This document shows, one piece after another, positions 52,245-64,000 of a DNA stretch of 64,000 nucleotides. Under the pieces are notes generated by a model, which was not told the DNA's origin, ran no database searches, and saw nothing but the letters and a program-made list of their open reading frames with translations. Source of the stretch: Gnetum montanum. Its lineage: Eukaryota; Plantae; Gnetophyta. How positions within the stretch are numbered: position 1 is the stretch's first letter; every line of letters starts with the position of its first letter. The position numbers and the translations under genes were made by a program. The stretch lies in assembly GCA_015680685.1 (NCBI GenBank), contig MNCI01001248.1, positions 11,841-75,840 on the forward strand, read 5' to 3'.

Positions 52245-55200
52245 CAAGTTTGTGGACTTGATTTACAATCCATTGATTATTCCCTATTTTTATTTTTGTG
52301 CTTAAAGGAAAATTCTACCTATATATATCTACTTTGGGAAGCTTTTGGTTATCCAAAATTACATAACTATGATTTATTGTGTAGGGTTCTAATTGTTGTA
52401 GGATATCTGTACCAACTAATAGATCATAAGATGATATATCAAATTGACATACAGTTATGAAAAATATCTTACCCTAGGGAGATAAGATTGGGATATGTGC
52501 TTGTTGATCTATTACTTTTTTCTAGGTGTTCAAGGTGACGAATGTCCTAGTTTTAGATTCTTAGAAATGTGTCGATATTACATTGGGTCTTGCAAAAGAA
52601 ATTTCTTCTCCATGATCAATTAGAACATCTACGAGGTAAGGTTGAAAAGAAGGATACTTAATATAAAAGGTACAAATAGGTAAAGATGTTCTTACCTACA
52701 TATTTTTGTTGACTAGTTGTATTGTGGAGACTACTTTTATTTCTTCTTCATATTGTTGCCATTGTTCACTCTGTTCTTCCACTTGTAATTGCTTTTGATC
52801 ATATGTGGCCCACTAGATGAATGCTTGTAGTTGCTTCATCTAATATTGTCTCCAAACAGATTTTTCTAGATTAGGATGTCTAGGACACTATTGTTTATAA
52901 GAGCTAGTGGTTTCTTCTTCTGATGGTTCTAAATTAGAAGTTTACACAAGTTTTTCTAACTCTTCTAATTCTTCACCAGAGGTTCTTAGTGGTTGTGAAT
53001 CCAGGAAGATGTCTTATAGTTGTAATTATTTCTTATGCCACTTTAATTCTTTCTTTTTCTATTATATGTCTCTTTACACAATTAGGTATTTGTCAATATT
53101 ATCAAATGGTACTTTTTTCAAATTTTTCTCTAATTTGACTAACTAGTTTTTCATTTCTATATACATAGGATCATCTTCAGGATTTGCTTATTGTCGTGTT
53201 GACCTATGGAGTTTTCTAGACCTATGGGCCTTAGATGAAGATGTGCAATTCATATTGTTATAATAAACTATATCAAACCCCGCCCCCCGCCCCCCCAAGG
53301 AAAAAGAATGATTTGGATTTGAGACATACTTAAGATTCGTATTGATAAGGGCATTAGTATAGTCATCGAAGGAGTGGAGAAGAATATCACCTTCTTGGAA
53401 GGGGATATTTTCATCATCAAGAAACTCATAATATTGTTCAGACAAATGATGATTTACAATGAAATTTACTTTCATGGGATGATGATCTTTATGAGAATAA
53501 TCATGAAAAAAGTGGGGCCCTTTGCATAAAAAGCATTTAATATTATTGTGATGATTTTTGTGTGTACGTCTTTTGAACATACCTCTAAAATGATGAGTAG
53601 GTTAGGATGGAGGAAATTTGCATCTCCATTATTGTTGAGGTTTACAAAATTTATGACAAGCCTTTTTTGATTGATAGCACAAAGATGATTTTATATATTT
53701 ATCTTCTAGACATAATTCTAAACATAAGGATTTACCTAATTTAGAATTTAACTTTTTAAATTAATGTTGTGTTTGTTGGTCATAACACATATCTGTATTA
53801 ATATCTGTAATAAATTAATGGATGGCAGCAAAACTCATTTCAGCAAGAACTAAATCTCTTTGTTTTAGTTCTACTAAGTACTTGTTACAAAAAGGTTGAG
53901 GAAGATAACCTATGAGGTGTTCTTTTGCACCTACTTCATGTGTAAGTTTTTTACAATAATATAATTATTCCATTTCATCTAGAAATTTATGGAGGTCTTG
54001 GATATGATGTAGACAAGCTTTATAATACCTATCTCTATACACATTATCTTAGCTTTCTTTATCTCTAATTAATTATTTAATAATTGCATTTAGAAATAAG
54101 ATCACTAGAGCATTGGTTAAATTACATTTAATATTATCTAAAATATGATTCCACCACCTATGTAAAATACCTCTGAAGTTATACATAGCATTCTAGATAG
54201 CCATTTTTGATTCATTATGTTCTAAGCTAATTTGAATAGAGAGATAGCTTTGTATCACATCTACTATATCTTGTCTCCCTTTAATGTCTTTTCCATCTAT
54301 TGTGAAAGTTGGAAACTTGTCTCCTGATTTTCTAACTTGTATTGCAGAAAAATCTATTGGATTTTCATAAAAGCTACCATCAATTTTCTTTAACAACATC
54401 TCTTCTTCACTATCCAATGAAGCTTCTTTTTTAGAATCTATATCTAAATCTATTTTATCTTAGTTCTGATAATATTAGTACTAATAATTTTTTCTTTACC
54501 TTTCTTTGCTTTTTCTTGAGCTCTAAATCTAGCTCTATGGGATTTTTCAAAAGGTAGTAAAAGGTAAGTCTTTTTTAGCTTGTCTAGAGCTACCTATTTG
54601 CTTTAAGACCCAAATTTGATGTATTTTTTTTACATATTTGCTTATAGATTCGATCATGGCACTTTGTTGTTGACTACTATCTTCTAAATTTCCTATACAC
54701 TGGTTTGCCCAATTTTGTAATTATATGATGTCGGATGGAGTAGTAATGGATTTTTTGAAAAGAAGGGTATAAATTGGTTATATTGGGGCTTTTTCCTCAT
54801 TCATGTTGATGTGCAATAAGGCATCACACTCCATACAGTCATAGTGATTATCTAATTTTTTAACCGAAGTGTGTGGAAACGAAGGATCTACAGAAGAACT
54901 AACTTCTGATTCTTCTATACTAGATTGTTTAGATGGAGAGTCTTAGTTTACTTCTTTTAAAACCACTTTACATTTTTCCTTCTTAGGGATTGGTCCTAAG
55001 ACTTTTGCAGCATCCATGGTAATATTCAGTTGCTTGAAGATTTTGGTCATTTTTTCTACAGCTTCTATTTTCTTATCAATGTTAGACTTTCATTCTTCTT
55101 ATTTTTCTATGACAAATGTAAAAGAAAATTCCATCTATGAATGGGGAATTAGATCTAACAGACTTGAGACAGGAGGAAATATAGGTTTTGACCATGTTCT

Positions 55201-55733
55201 ATGCCTAGGTTTTTCAAAGGAATCTTGTTCTATAAATCTAGGAGGTTTCACTTGTACTTGATATTGCCTCTTACTACGTTTAGATTTCTTTGGTCTTAGA
55301 TATTCATAGAAGTCTTCCTGAAGCTCTATCAGATTTGGATATAGTGTATGTACTGGAATTTCTTCAATATTGATTTGCACAATGTATTCTAGATTTTTTG
55401 TTTTGACATGAACTGCTAGTTGTATCAAACAATTTAAAAACTAAATGAGTTCCTACCATAGCATATATACTATTTTGCACCATATCTAAAGAAATATAAA
55501 ATATAAGCATTAAACTAGAAAGAATATTTAGATTGTACAAGGAAAGAGTAAAGTTGAATAGTGTTACTACTAACACATCTATTTTCGAGCTTTCCTTTGG
55601 CTTGTGTAATAATAGCATCCTTGAAGTTCTTAAAATGCCTATCAATTAAAGCGATCCAATAAGGACTATGTAATCTATAATTAAGTGAGGATGTATATGT
55701 ACATCTATTTCTACAATATAAATATAATTGTAA
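52245..55733 (-). mobile_element. Endogenous caulimovirid (pararetrovirus) fragment: single polyprotein MP-CP-protease, truncated at both ends
   Basis: Movement protein YNYIYIVEIDVHIHPH...SPYWIALIDRHFKNFKDAII..AKGKL...FNFTLSL (55400-55733). Coat-protein knuckle CFLCKGPHFFHDY (~53500-53540). Protease VDVLIDHGEEISFARPNV...YDLLVGTDILQQLEPY (52380-52640). The frame runs to the junction with F's LTR before any RT. Confidence 0.8.
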
Positions 55734-56186
55734 CCGTCATCAATCCACTTCACCACCTTCACCAAGGAGAAGAAAGTGATGGCTACAAGATGTAGGCCTG
55801 AACTAGAGATCTATAAATCAAATTCAAAAATATGCATGCTACTAAGGATTTGTGTAAATTCTATTGAAGATTTAGAATATATTTCACATTTTTTGGAAAC
55901 TAGAGGATACGTGACAGCTAATGGACTATTGCAGAATTGCAATAAATGAGTTACATAAGAGCAAATATGCAAGGAACCTCAGATCATTCTTGATGAAGAT
56001 TCCATTCATGCTAAAGTAGGAGTCAAATTGTTACCTCTCACTACACATCTTACACACCTATCCATTGGTCCTTACTATGCATCTTACAAAGTCAATGATC
56101 TACGAGACACAGCTTCAACTAGTAAGATGCAGCACATACTGAGTAATGTGGAACATGGCTTTGATACGACTCTCTACCTAGATTAG
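55734..56186 (+). pseudogene. Unidentified ~150-codon coding remnant, opposite strand to the viral polyprotein
   Basis: FTTFTKEKKVMATRCRPELEIYK...FLETRGYVTANGLLQNCNK*VT*EQICKEPQIILDEDSIHAKVG...HGFDTTLYLD*. Only two internal stops, both C-to-T compatible. Confidence 0.45.
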
Positions 56187-57056
56187 CAAGATCACTCTTT
56201 TTGAGATCCTATAATCTTTTCAAAAGTACATTTTAACATGTTCAATGGGTCTCTAGGGTCAAGACAACTCATTCATAGTATTTTTAGCACTCCAAGCTTT
56301 CAAAATTGATACTTTTTGCAAGTTGTTTCGAGACTTGGAAAATTAACTTTTTTGCTAAGTTTGGAACATTGGAAAGGTTAGAACTTATGTTGGCACATCA
56401 AAATCATCTCATACATTAAGTTCACAACATTTTATAGGTTTACAAGCCTCTTGGTGCTTCAAAATTATCATTCTAACTCATTCTAAGGTTAATTTTAGCT
56501 TTTCTAAAATTTTTCGTTTGCAAAAATGTTAAAATTTTTCTAACTTTGGGGTTGACATTGAAGCTAATCTTAATGTTATCATCACCGTTGATGATGCCCC
56601 CATAAACAATATCAAACTATATCAACATGCTTTTATTATCCCTTGTCTTCATCTTGGCAATCTTTAACACTCATCTAAAACTCAAACAAGAGCCCCAAGA
56701 ACTCAAGCAAAGTAGTTCAAGATTTTACTAAGTATGAACCCTGTCATTCTTGAAACTTAAAAAAGTAATATTTTCCTCTATTATTGGAATTTTATCTTAA
56801 TCCCATGCTTTCGATGCCCCTTTGGATTGCCTTGACAACATTTTGGCTCATTTTGGTTGCAGTATAGATGACTTGAAAGACTTTGGGTAAGATTCAGGAA
56901 AGTTGGTAAAAAATTTCTAAGTGCCTAGTAGATGCTAATGCTAATATCAGCATCAACACTATTGATACTTCCAATGTCCAAACACCATGATCTACCTTAG
57001 CATCTAGCACCTTCTCCTCGCCTCCTAGCCCCTCCCCTCCAACTAACTATTTGTAA

Positions 57057-57305
57057 CCCCTTAATAATGAGGTGTTTCCTAGTGGTAAGACTATTGATTA
57101 AAAAACTCTAAGTTATGGGTTCAATTCTAGTGGATAATGGTAAGTTATAAATTTCTAATTTGATTATATGAATTAGGGATAAACATTTTTAAAAAATTTT
57201 CTAGTTTTGACAAGTCTAATATGTACCCCCTAATAATGAGATGTTAACCTAGGGGTAAGACTCTTAATTTGGAAACTCAAAGTAATACATTCAATTTATA
57301 GATCA
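57057..57305 (+). repeat. Two degenerate tRNA-derived (SINE-head-like) units in tandem
   Basis: CCCCTTAATAATGAGGTGTTTCCTAGTGGTAAGACT...GGGTTCAATTC (57057-57128) and CCCCTAATAATGAGATGTTAACCTAGGGGTAAGACT...ATTCAATTT (57227-57298), with A-box- and B-box-like spacing. Confidence 0.45.
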
Positions 57306-58914
57306 GTTCACTCAAAAGGTGGAAATGAATAAGTTATAATCAAAAATATTTAAACTTTAAAAAAAATTTGAAAACAAGTGCATAAGAAACAAACATACTA
57401 ATGTATGTGATAAAGCTCACTCCCATAAAATTCAAGTTAAATTAACATCTTTGATTTGCAAGTACCTCAATGCTATGTCAACAAAGTCCACTCATTATGT
57501 TTATAAAATTATTTGATTTCACTTAATTTTCTTGAGGTTTATCCAAATTAATTTTTAGATTCAAGTTGAGCCCATCATTTCCTTTTTTTTCATATTCTAT
57601 TCATATTTCACTAATGGTGGTGTAATCTACTAAGATTCATGGATCCACAAACACAACATCTCCATCAATTCAACTTCTTCAAATTCATCCAATCAAACAT
57701 GTCCTAAATTCATAGTTGAGGCTACTACTATGATAGATCCTTAGATGATACATACTTTTTGTAAGATGAATAATGATCTTGGTATTCTATAAAACTCTTA
57801 ATAATCTCACAAGATCAAACAACATGTTGTGATGCTCCTACAAAAAAACCCTCATATACCCCTCAATGTTGATTCAAAGAACTAAACACTTAAACCCCTC
57901 AGGATTTCAATGTAGACCTCCTTGTAAGGACAATCTGCACTTTGTAGATCACAATGAAATATAATATAAAAGAATGTGTAGATAGAATTTAGATTTATAC
58001 CAATATAGTTCAAACTAGGGTAATGAAACAACAAGTTCTAGATCTAGATCCACTCATACACAACGAAACAATGAATCAACAATGAGGAAGGTTTTCATTA
58101 TATTTCAAATATTTTCATTCAAATATCTTGAACTATAGCAAAAAACATCACAATAAATTTATTGTAGAACCAACATTACTAAATTTTTGTAAAAATTAGC
58201 ATTTTGCATTCTTATACTTGGAATTTTCTATTATGATGTAATCAATATTATTTAATATTTCTATCTAAAATAGGTTTACAAAATCATTTAACTAATTCTT
58301 TAATATTTTATTATCTTTTAATTACCAAGTACCCTAGCCTCATGAATGATTGACCATGTTTTTATTATATCGAGGATTATGTTATGTTCATGAATAGTTT
58401 TCCTTAAGAAAATTATTAATTTAAAAAATAATATATATTAATAAATAGATATTATTAAATATCTATATAAATATTTTCAATATGATTATCAATATATAAA
58501 AAAATCTTAGCCCCATTAAATTATTTTAGAATGTTCCTATTTGATAAGTATGCAAGGATCATCTAAATCGATATTCAAGATCATTAGAAAGAAATGTTGA
58601 TTACATTAAAAAAAAAGATTCTAAATGAATTGAGAACTATGTTATATTGATATGAATCTTTCTTTGTCTAAAGATTATACTAATTTTTTTGAAAATTAAA
58701 CTTCTTTTAATGAAATTGAATATTGATAACTTTCAAGTTCATAAGTGGATACAAAAAGTTCTGCATTTGTCAACTAATCAAAAACAAGAATTATAGCAAA
58801 AGTTACTTATAGCTATCCCAAAATCAAATGCACTTGTTATATTTGAAAATACATATATCCAATTATATTTACATGTTAATTATTGAAACTTAATAGCACC
58901 TTAATAGTGAATTG

Positions 58915-59455
58915 ATCACTAACAAGATTTACAATCGATAGTAATAACTTGGTAAGAAGGTAGTCATCACTTGAATTTTTAGGATCATCTTTTCTAGCCT
59001 GTATGAAGTTACCTTTATCCTCTTCTACAATTTTATCTTTCTTATTAACTATGATGACATCCTCTTATGCAAATTGACTTTTATAAATTTAGAAAAAATG
59101 TTGTAAAGGCTTTTGAAAAATTAAAAGTACAATACCTTTACAATAACAATAACGCTTTCTACATTGTACCTAACACCAAGAAAATTTCAAATTGTTATCC
59201 AAATATTTGATAAGAAAACTGGTTGTTCTTTCAACATTGGAAAACTAAACTGATTACCAAAATGAATATTCAATTCCTTCCTTGGTCAATCTTGTAAGGA
59301 ACTCATAAACACCTAGTCAAATAAATTAGTATTGTTTCCCTAACATGACATCGAAAGTTCTAGTATATCTTCTTAATTCTTCCACATTTGAAAAATGAAC
59401 ATCTTTTATAAGCACACCATTTAAGTCTAGTATGACTACTTTTCTTTGTTCTAAT
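58915..59455 (-). pseudogene. NIF/FCP1-homology (HAD-family CTD phosphatase-like) domain
   Basis: RKVVILDLNGVLI...FI*LGVYEFL...SFW*SV*FSNVE...LKFSWC*VQC...FQKPL...DVIIV...DDYLLTKLL follows the LDLNGxL / RP..FL / WSS..NV / FxW..C order of the family. Confidence 0.75.
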
Positions 59456-59769
59456 TTCTAAACTATATTGAAATTATTTACAATACATACATCAGAAAAT
59501 CTTATCCTTTTAACATAAGATATAACTAAACCAGTTTATTTAGGTAAACATGTTTTAGATGTACATTAAGTTTTTTATGAAAACATCAAAATTTCATAGT
59601 TATAAAAAATTATAGTACTTGGCATAATTAAAGTTATAAAAATTAAAGTATTATAAAATTCTAAATTGACAAATGAATTTGTGCAAGCATAAATAACATG
59701 ATATAATTGAAAATTGTAACTCAAAATTTTTCTATAGTTATTTATCACTATAACCATCTTGTATGCCAA

Positions 59770-60385
59770 TCATAAATATTTAAAATATCACACAATATTT
59801 TCCTTCTATACATTTGTACATCTAAGGCCCTAAATAATATTTTTCTTTTAAGCATTATATGTATTATATAAAGTAGAATATAAATACCATAGTCATATCC
59901 ATTTCTCTAACTCAGTATATTTCTTTGAAATAATTATCTCCATAGTTCCCAATGAAATTGACACTCTCTATTTTGAACATTATGTTCCTTCTTAAAGCAT
60001 TTGTAAATAATATTCATCTTCCCACTACATTTAATATTATTGTTACGAGAATCCATAATTAGTATCAAGCCTACCAACATATCAATAATAATAAACACCA
60101 AATGATACAAACTTCTTTCAATCTTGATATTTACATGAAAAAAATATTTTTTGGAAACTGCTAAATCTTACACAAATTTGTTAAATCAATATCAAGATAC
60201 TTTGTCTTAACTTTAAGTCCCCATCTTCCTCTTTAGATCTTCTATATAACTCAGATAATAATGATGAATTAAAAAATAATATAGTGAATGAAATTCTTGA
60301 AGTGATTACAACATTCTAAAATAGTATCTAAATATTATGTCCTCTATCTCTTGTTTTAGTCTCAAACATGAAATACTTTTCGATG
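59770..60385 (-). pseudogene. Ulp1/SENP-like (peptidase C48) domain
   Basis: ISCLRLKQEIEDIIFRYYFRML...FFNS...FFHVN...YH(L/W)xFIIID...MDS...ILS*RNGYDYGIYILLY (Q.NGYDCG with C-to-T and G-to-A changes)...F..LDVQMYRRKI. Confidence 0.8.
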
Positions 60386-60909
60386 ATGACATTACCTTCT
60401 ATATAAATCAGAACTTCATTACAGTATTTTAGCAAAAACATTTAATAATAAATTTTTCCCTCATTTTCTCTTTGAAGTATTTCTTTTAACTCATTCAAAC
60501 TACAAAAATTCTTCAATACAAAAGTTGAGCTCTTCAAATTGGCATGATCATCTAGTTTATCTAATGCAACTAATTAAGGCAAACATGTTAGATGTTTTGC
60601 ATCAATATCAATATAGCATTTATTATGAAATAAGCTAACATGAAAATCATTATAGTGTGCAATGCCTATATAGAGATAGTTACTCTATTGTACTCATATA
60701 ATTTAATCTTTTCAATGAATAAAATACATCAAAGAATGATAGTTATTAAAGTATAATAACTACAAGATCATGCTTTTTTTATTTACACCTTTCACTAAAC
60801 TCTCACTCTCATCCTTTTAAACCTATAGTAAATTTTATATACAAATAAGTATATCAACAAATATAAAATTACAAAATAGGAAATGTATTTCACACATTAT
60901 ATCAATGTT

Positions 60910-63900
60910 TTATTTTCAATTTCTTAGAACCCTTTTTGACACCTTCAATGCAGTGGACTTCTTCCCTATAAAATAAAACAATCTCAAGAAATATATTGGT
61001 AATAAAATAAATCATAGTAAAAATCAATTAACACAAGCTTAGTTACCTTTCACTTACTACTAGAACCTTTATGTGCTATGTTTTAGTCAAATGTTTCAAA
61101 CGAACTAGATGTTTCTTATGTCTTCTAGTTAAAATAGTAAAGATTAAAAATAACACTAAATTTATAAATTCATATCTAAAATCAAAAAAAAAGTATCCAA
61201 ATGAACATATATATTTACCAAATCTTCATATGTTTTTTTTTCCTCATCATCATATTCACTATCAACACTATTTTCAACCTTATCAGATTTCTCTAATTCA
61301 TTTTGTTTACCCTTAGCATCCTACATTTCCAATGTGAATAGATAGATTAAAGATATTTGCCTAAAATTGCAAAAGAACAATTCAAATGAATGACTTCTGA
61401 ATTTAACCTATTTTCTAATCTTATCTTCTTTTGGTTCTTCCTTCTGATTCTAATTGTCATCATCATCCAAAACATAAGTATCCTAGTTATTCCTATAAGC
61501 TTAGTACTAATAAAATAATTCTAATAGAAAATTGAAATAAAAATATTACAAAAAATATGCTAATAATCTTTCTCACTATATCAATAAATCTATCTTTCAA
61601 ACGTACTATTATATTCTTACAAGCATCTTTAATATCAAAAATATATCCATACTATTTTCTACCAATTTAATATTATTAGGGTTCTCATTTGTTAAATTTA
61701 CAATTTTTGTTATTTCAATCCACAGAAAGCAGCAAAGATCATCATCATGAATAGAGATGACACCTATGTCACTGTATGAATGCAAATTCTTTAACAGACT
61801 CTTGTAATAGAATAATGATACTATGTAAGAGACACCCTTGGTAATAGCTTTGTCCTTTATTACAATGGAGTTCAATATCCTGTTCCAAGTGAAAGTTGAC
61901 CAAAAAGAGTTGTATTTAACATCTTCTAGAATGGATTCATTTGGAAGGATATCTTTCAATAACTCAACATCAATTGTTTGTTTCTTAGTTACATCACAAT
62001 TACCTTCCTAGAATGCCTTTGGTTTCTCCACAGTTTCTATTATGGTGAAGAAGTTATAAAGTAAAATGTACTTGTTCTACTTCTTGTAGTAATAATCCTT
62101 ACAATATTTAAATGATATGCTATTGTATATATAGTCCTTAATAAAATTTTTAAATAAATAATAGATTTCATCTTCAATATTAATAACTACACTAGAGATA
62201 GCATTTGACCTTTGTACAAGGTCAAATAAATTTTTTGAAAACTAAAGAAGAGTCCTTAATAGTTATATTCTCAAAATCAACTAAATAGAAAACTACTAAT
62301 TTCTTAATACAAGAGAATTCCTTCTCATATTTGAGCAATGTATAATCTATGAACTCCAAGTTTTTTCTATAGTAGAAAACAGCTTCAATTGGTTGGGTGG
62401 ATGTATCCATGGTTTATATTAAATTAATATCTTTCAAGTCCCAATGCAACATTGATTGAATAGAAGGCTTAATTGTTGGGTTCCCTTTCATAACCTCAAC
62501 ATTTCCAAGAAAGCTCAGAAACCTGTAACTATTAATGTTCTATCTACAATTAAAAATTAAATTGCACATTAATATATTGTCAAATCTAATAAGAATCAAA
62601 CTATAAGATGATGATAAATTATAATTCAATACCTATTATAGATGTTATCTATATTAAGGTCTATGCATCACTCAATAGATGTATCATTACTGATGAAGAA
62701 TTAAAGCTTCAGGGAATGTGAATGCTTAATTTGATCACATTTTTGCTCCAATGTGATCATCCTGGTAATTATTGATTTTTATGACTTATCCTTTCCCTTG
62801 AGATGCTTGAAACACATTTTTCTATTGAGTAACATATCAGCACATATCTATATTTTGTGTTGCTTGAGACCTTGTAGTGGGTGCAATAGATTAACACTCA
62901 AATACTTAAGATTATTCTCCTTAAAATTTTCATTAGAGAAAATCACATAGCAACATTATGAAGTTTCATTCTAATACATCATTAAGATATCATTCCATTT
63001 CTTGAAGAAGGATTCATTGAATTTGAGAAAAAATTTTCTTTCCTAAAGATCCTTAAATGTCAATATGCTAACAACATATAATAAATTTGATGTAGAAATT
63101 ATCAATGCTTTAATATGTAATATAAATCTTCCTATAAATAATTTACTCTAGGGATCAAACATAAGTAACTTACTTGAATATAAATTTGAGGCTATCATAG
63201 ATTGACTTGAGTTCTTTTGAAATTCCACCACAAGATAATTTTCTAATATCATTTTGATAGAGTTAACTTATAGCATGCCTTAACATCCTCATGTAGGAAG
63301 GATCAAATTTCATGTCCCAAACCAAATTCTAAGAATAACTTATTTTTGTGATCACTAAAATTTGAGTTTCAACCTTTATAAGTTTAGTAAGATGAACTTT
63401 GCAGAAATTCTTCACTAACATCTCAACATCATCTCTATCAAGAAGAATCTTTGTAGCCTTAATCAAATTTTATTCATCTAGAGTCTGGAACTAAACATCC
63501 TTCCCATGGATGTCAAATTTAGATGAGGGTGTAAGGCTTTACTAGTAGAAGTCCTATATGGTGTGTGTATGTAGTCATGCACAATAGTGATAAGATTCCT
63601 TATAATTGATGTGAGAAACTCCTCAATGTACTTCATGTTTATTACTCTAATTCTAAACATGTTAGTAGCTTGATTGCATCAATTAATTTTAATTTAGTAG
63701 CTTGTCACAAATTTTGGATGTAAATATCTTCTTTCTATATGTGCCACCATAATACCATTGTTTGTAATTCTCACTACTTTCTTACTACAAGTCTCTAACT
63801 TCTTTACTCCTTTAAAAGAAGTGATTGTTGGAGGTCTTTTAGTAGTAGTGTAAAGATGAACAGATAGAGTTCTTAGCTAATGTGTGAATAGAATCTCATT

Positions 63901-63930
63901 ATATGATTCATATGGCTAATTCATATGATT
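60910..63930 (-). pseudogene. Degraded multi-exon gene with a putative N-terminal ParB/Srx-like domain
   Basis: RIRVINMKYIEEFLTSIIRN...FQTLDE*NLIKATKILL (GAA TAA is compatible with decayed GGA CAA, i.e. DGQ). Several short GT-AG introns and acidic exons at 60950-61500. Cut at 63932 by an LTR. Confidence 0.5.
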
Positions 63931-63932
63931 AT

Positions 63933-64000
63933 TGATGAGACGTGACTTGCACTAGGCCGCGATATCGCGTACGCGATATCGCGTCCTACCGCCATATCTA
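63933..64000 (+). repeat. Start of another C/D-family LTR
   Basis: TGATGAGACG start and two perfect GCGATATCGCG units. Preceded by ATTAT. Confidence 0.85.

Larger units (their letters stand above)
38893..57050 (+). mobile_element. Element F: degenerate Tat/Ogre-lineage LTR retrotransposon hosting G and a viral fragment
   Basis: 38978-39370 aligns with 51850-52240. PPT GGGGGACAA|TGTTGTAC at 51801-51817. Pol has RT, RH, extra RNase H and IN. Repeated 3' UTR units (44640-44850 vs 51510-51690). Both outer ends are approximate. Confidence 0.7.

Noticed and set aside
56157-56169. tRNA-Met PBS-like sequence on the minus strand (TCGTATCAAAGCC)
   Set aside because: Two mismatches including the TGG, and it lies inside an apparent plus-strand coding frame; could be chance.
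57826-58150. Possible copia-like solo LTR starting TGTTGTG
   Set aside because: No second copy, end motif or TSD could be established.
61609-62410. Possible DNA methyltransferase domain behind the ParB-like region
   Set aside because: No DPPY/SPPY/PC or FxGxG motif could be read.
16625-63932. Target-site preference (ATGATTAT before both 16633 and 63933; TSDs ATTTT, ATTAT, ACATG)
   Set aside because: Only four sites in very AT-rich DNA; not distinguishable from chance here.

Overview
AT-rich, heavily C-to-T-eroded plant heterochromatin with no intact host gene. It is a nest of Ty3/gypsy LTR retrotransposons. An old Athila-like element A (~873-26310, +; RT/RNase H largely deleted) holds two younger, pol-less Athila-lineage elements. 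B (4872-13059, -, TSD ATTTT) sits in A's integrase; C (16633-24616, +, TSD ATTAT) sits in A's extra ORF. Both carry gag plus a long spliced extra ORF (Transposase_32/env-like plus coiled coil). A third relative, D (26660-33616, -, TSD ACATG; gag + protease only), interrupts the RT of a Tekay-like element E (-). A Tat/Ogre-like element F (+, extra RNase H) hosts a CRM-like chromovirus G and, in its 3' LTR, an endogenous caulimovirid fragment (MP-CP-protease). The last 5.5 kb holds degraded intron-containing genes on the minus strand: a ParB-like-domain gene and a Ulp1/C48 protease + NIF/FCP1 phosphatase gene, probably DNA-transposon cargo. Best candidate for a new system: each B/C subfamily carries its own CpG-centred palindrome array in front of a TATA box at two places, the LTR U3 and an internal promoter upstream of the extra ORF. 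The motif co-varies at both sites (GCGATATCGC in C, CGACGTCG-type in B), and the 11-mer AGTCATGGGGG recurs 2-4 times per element. All calls come from reading and hand translation; no alignments or database searches were run.
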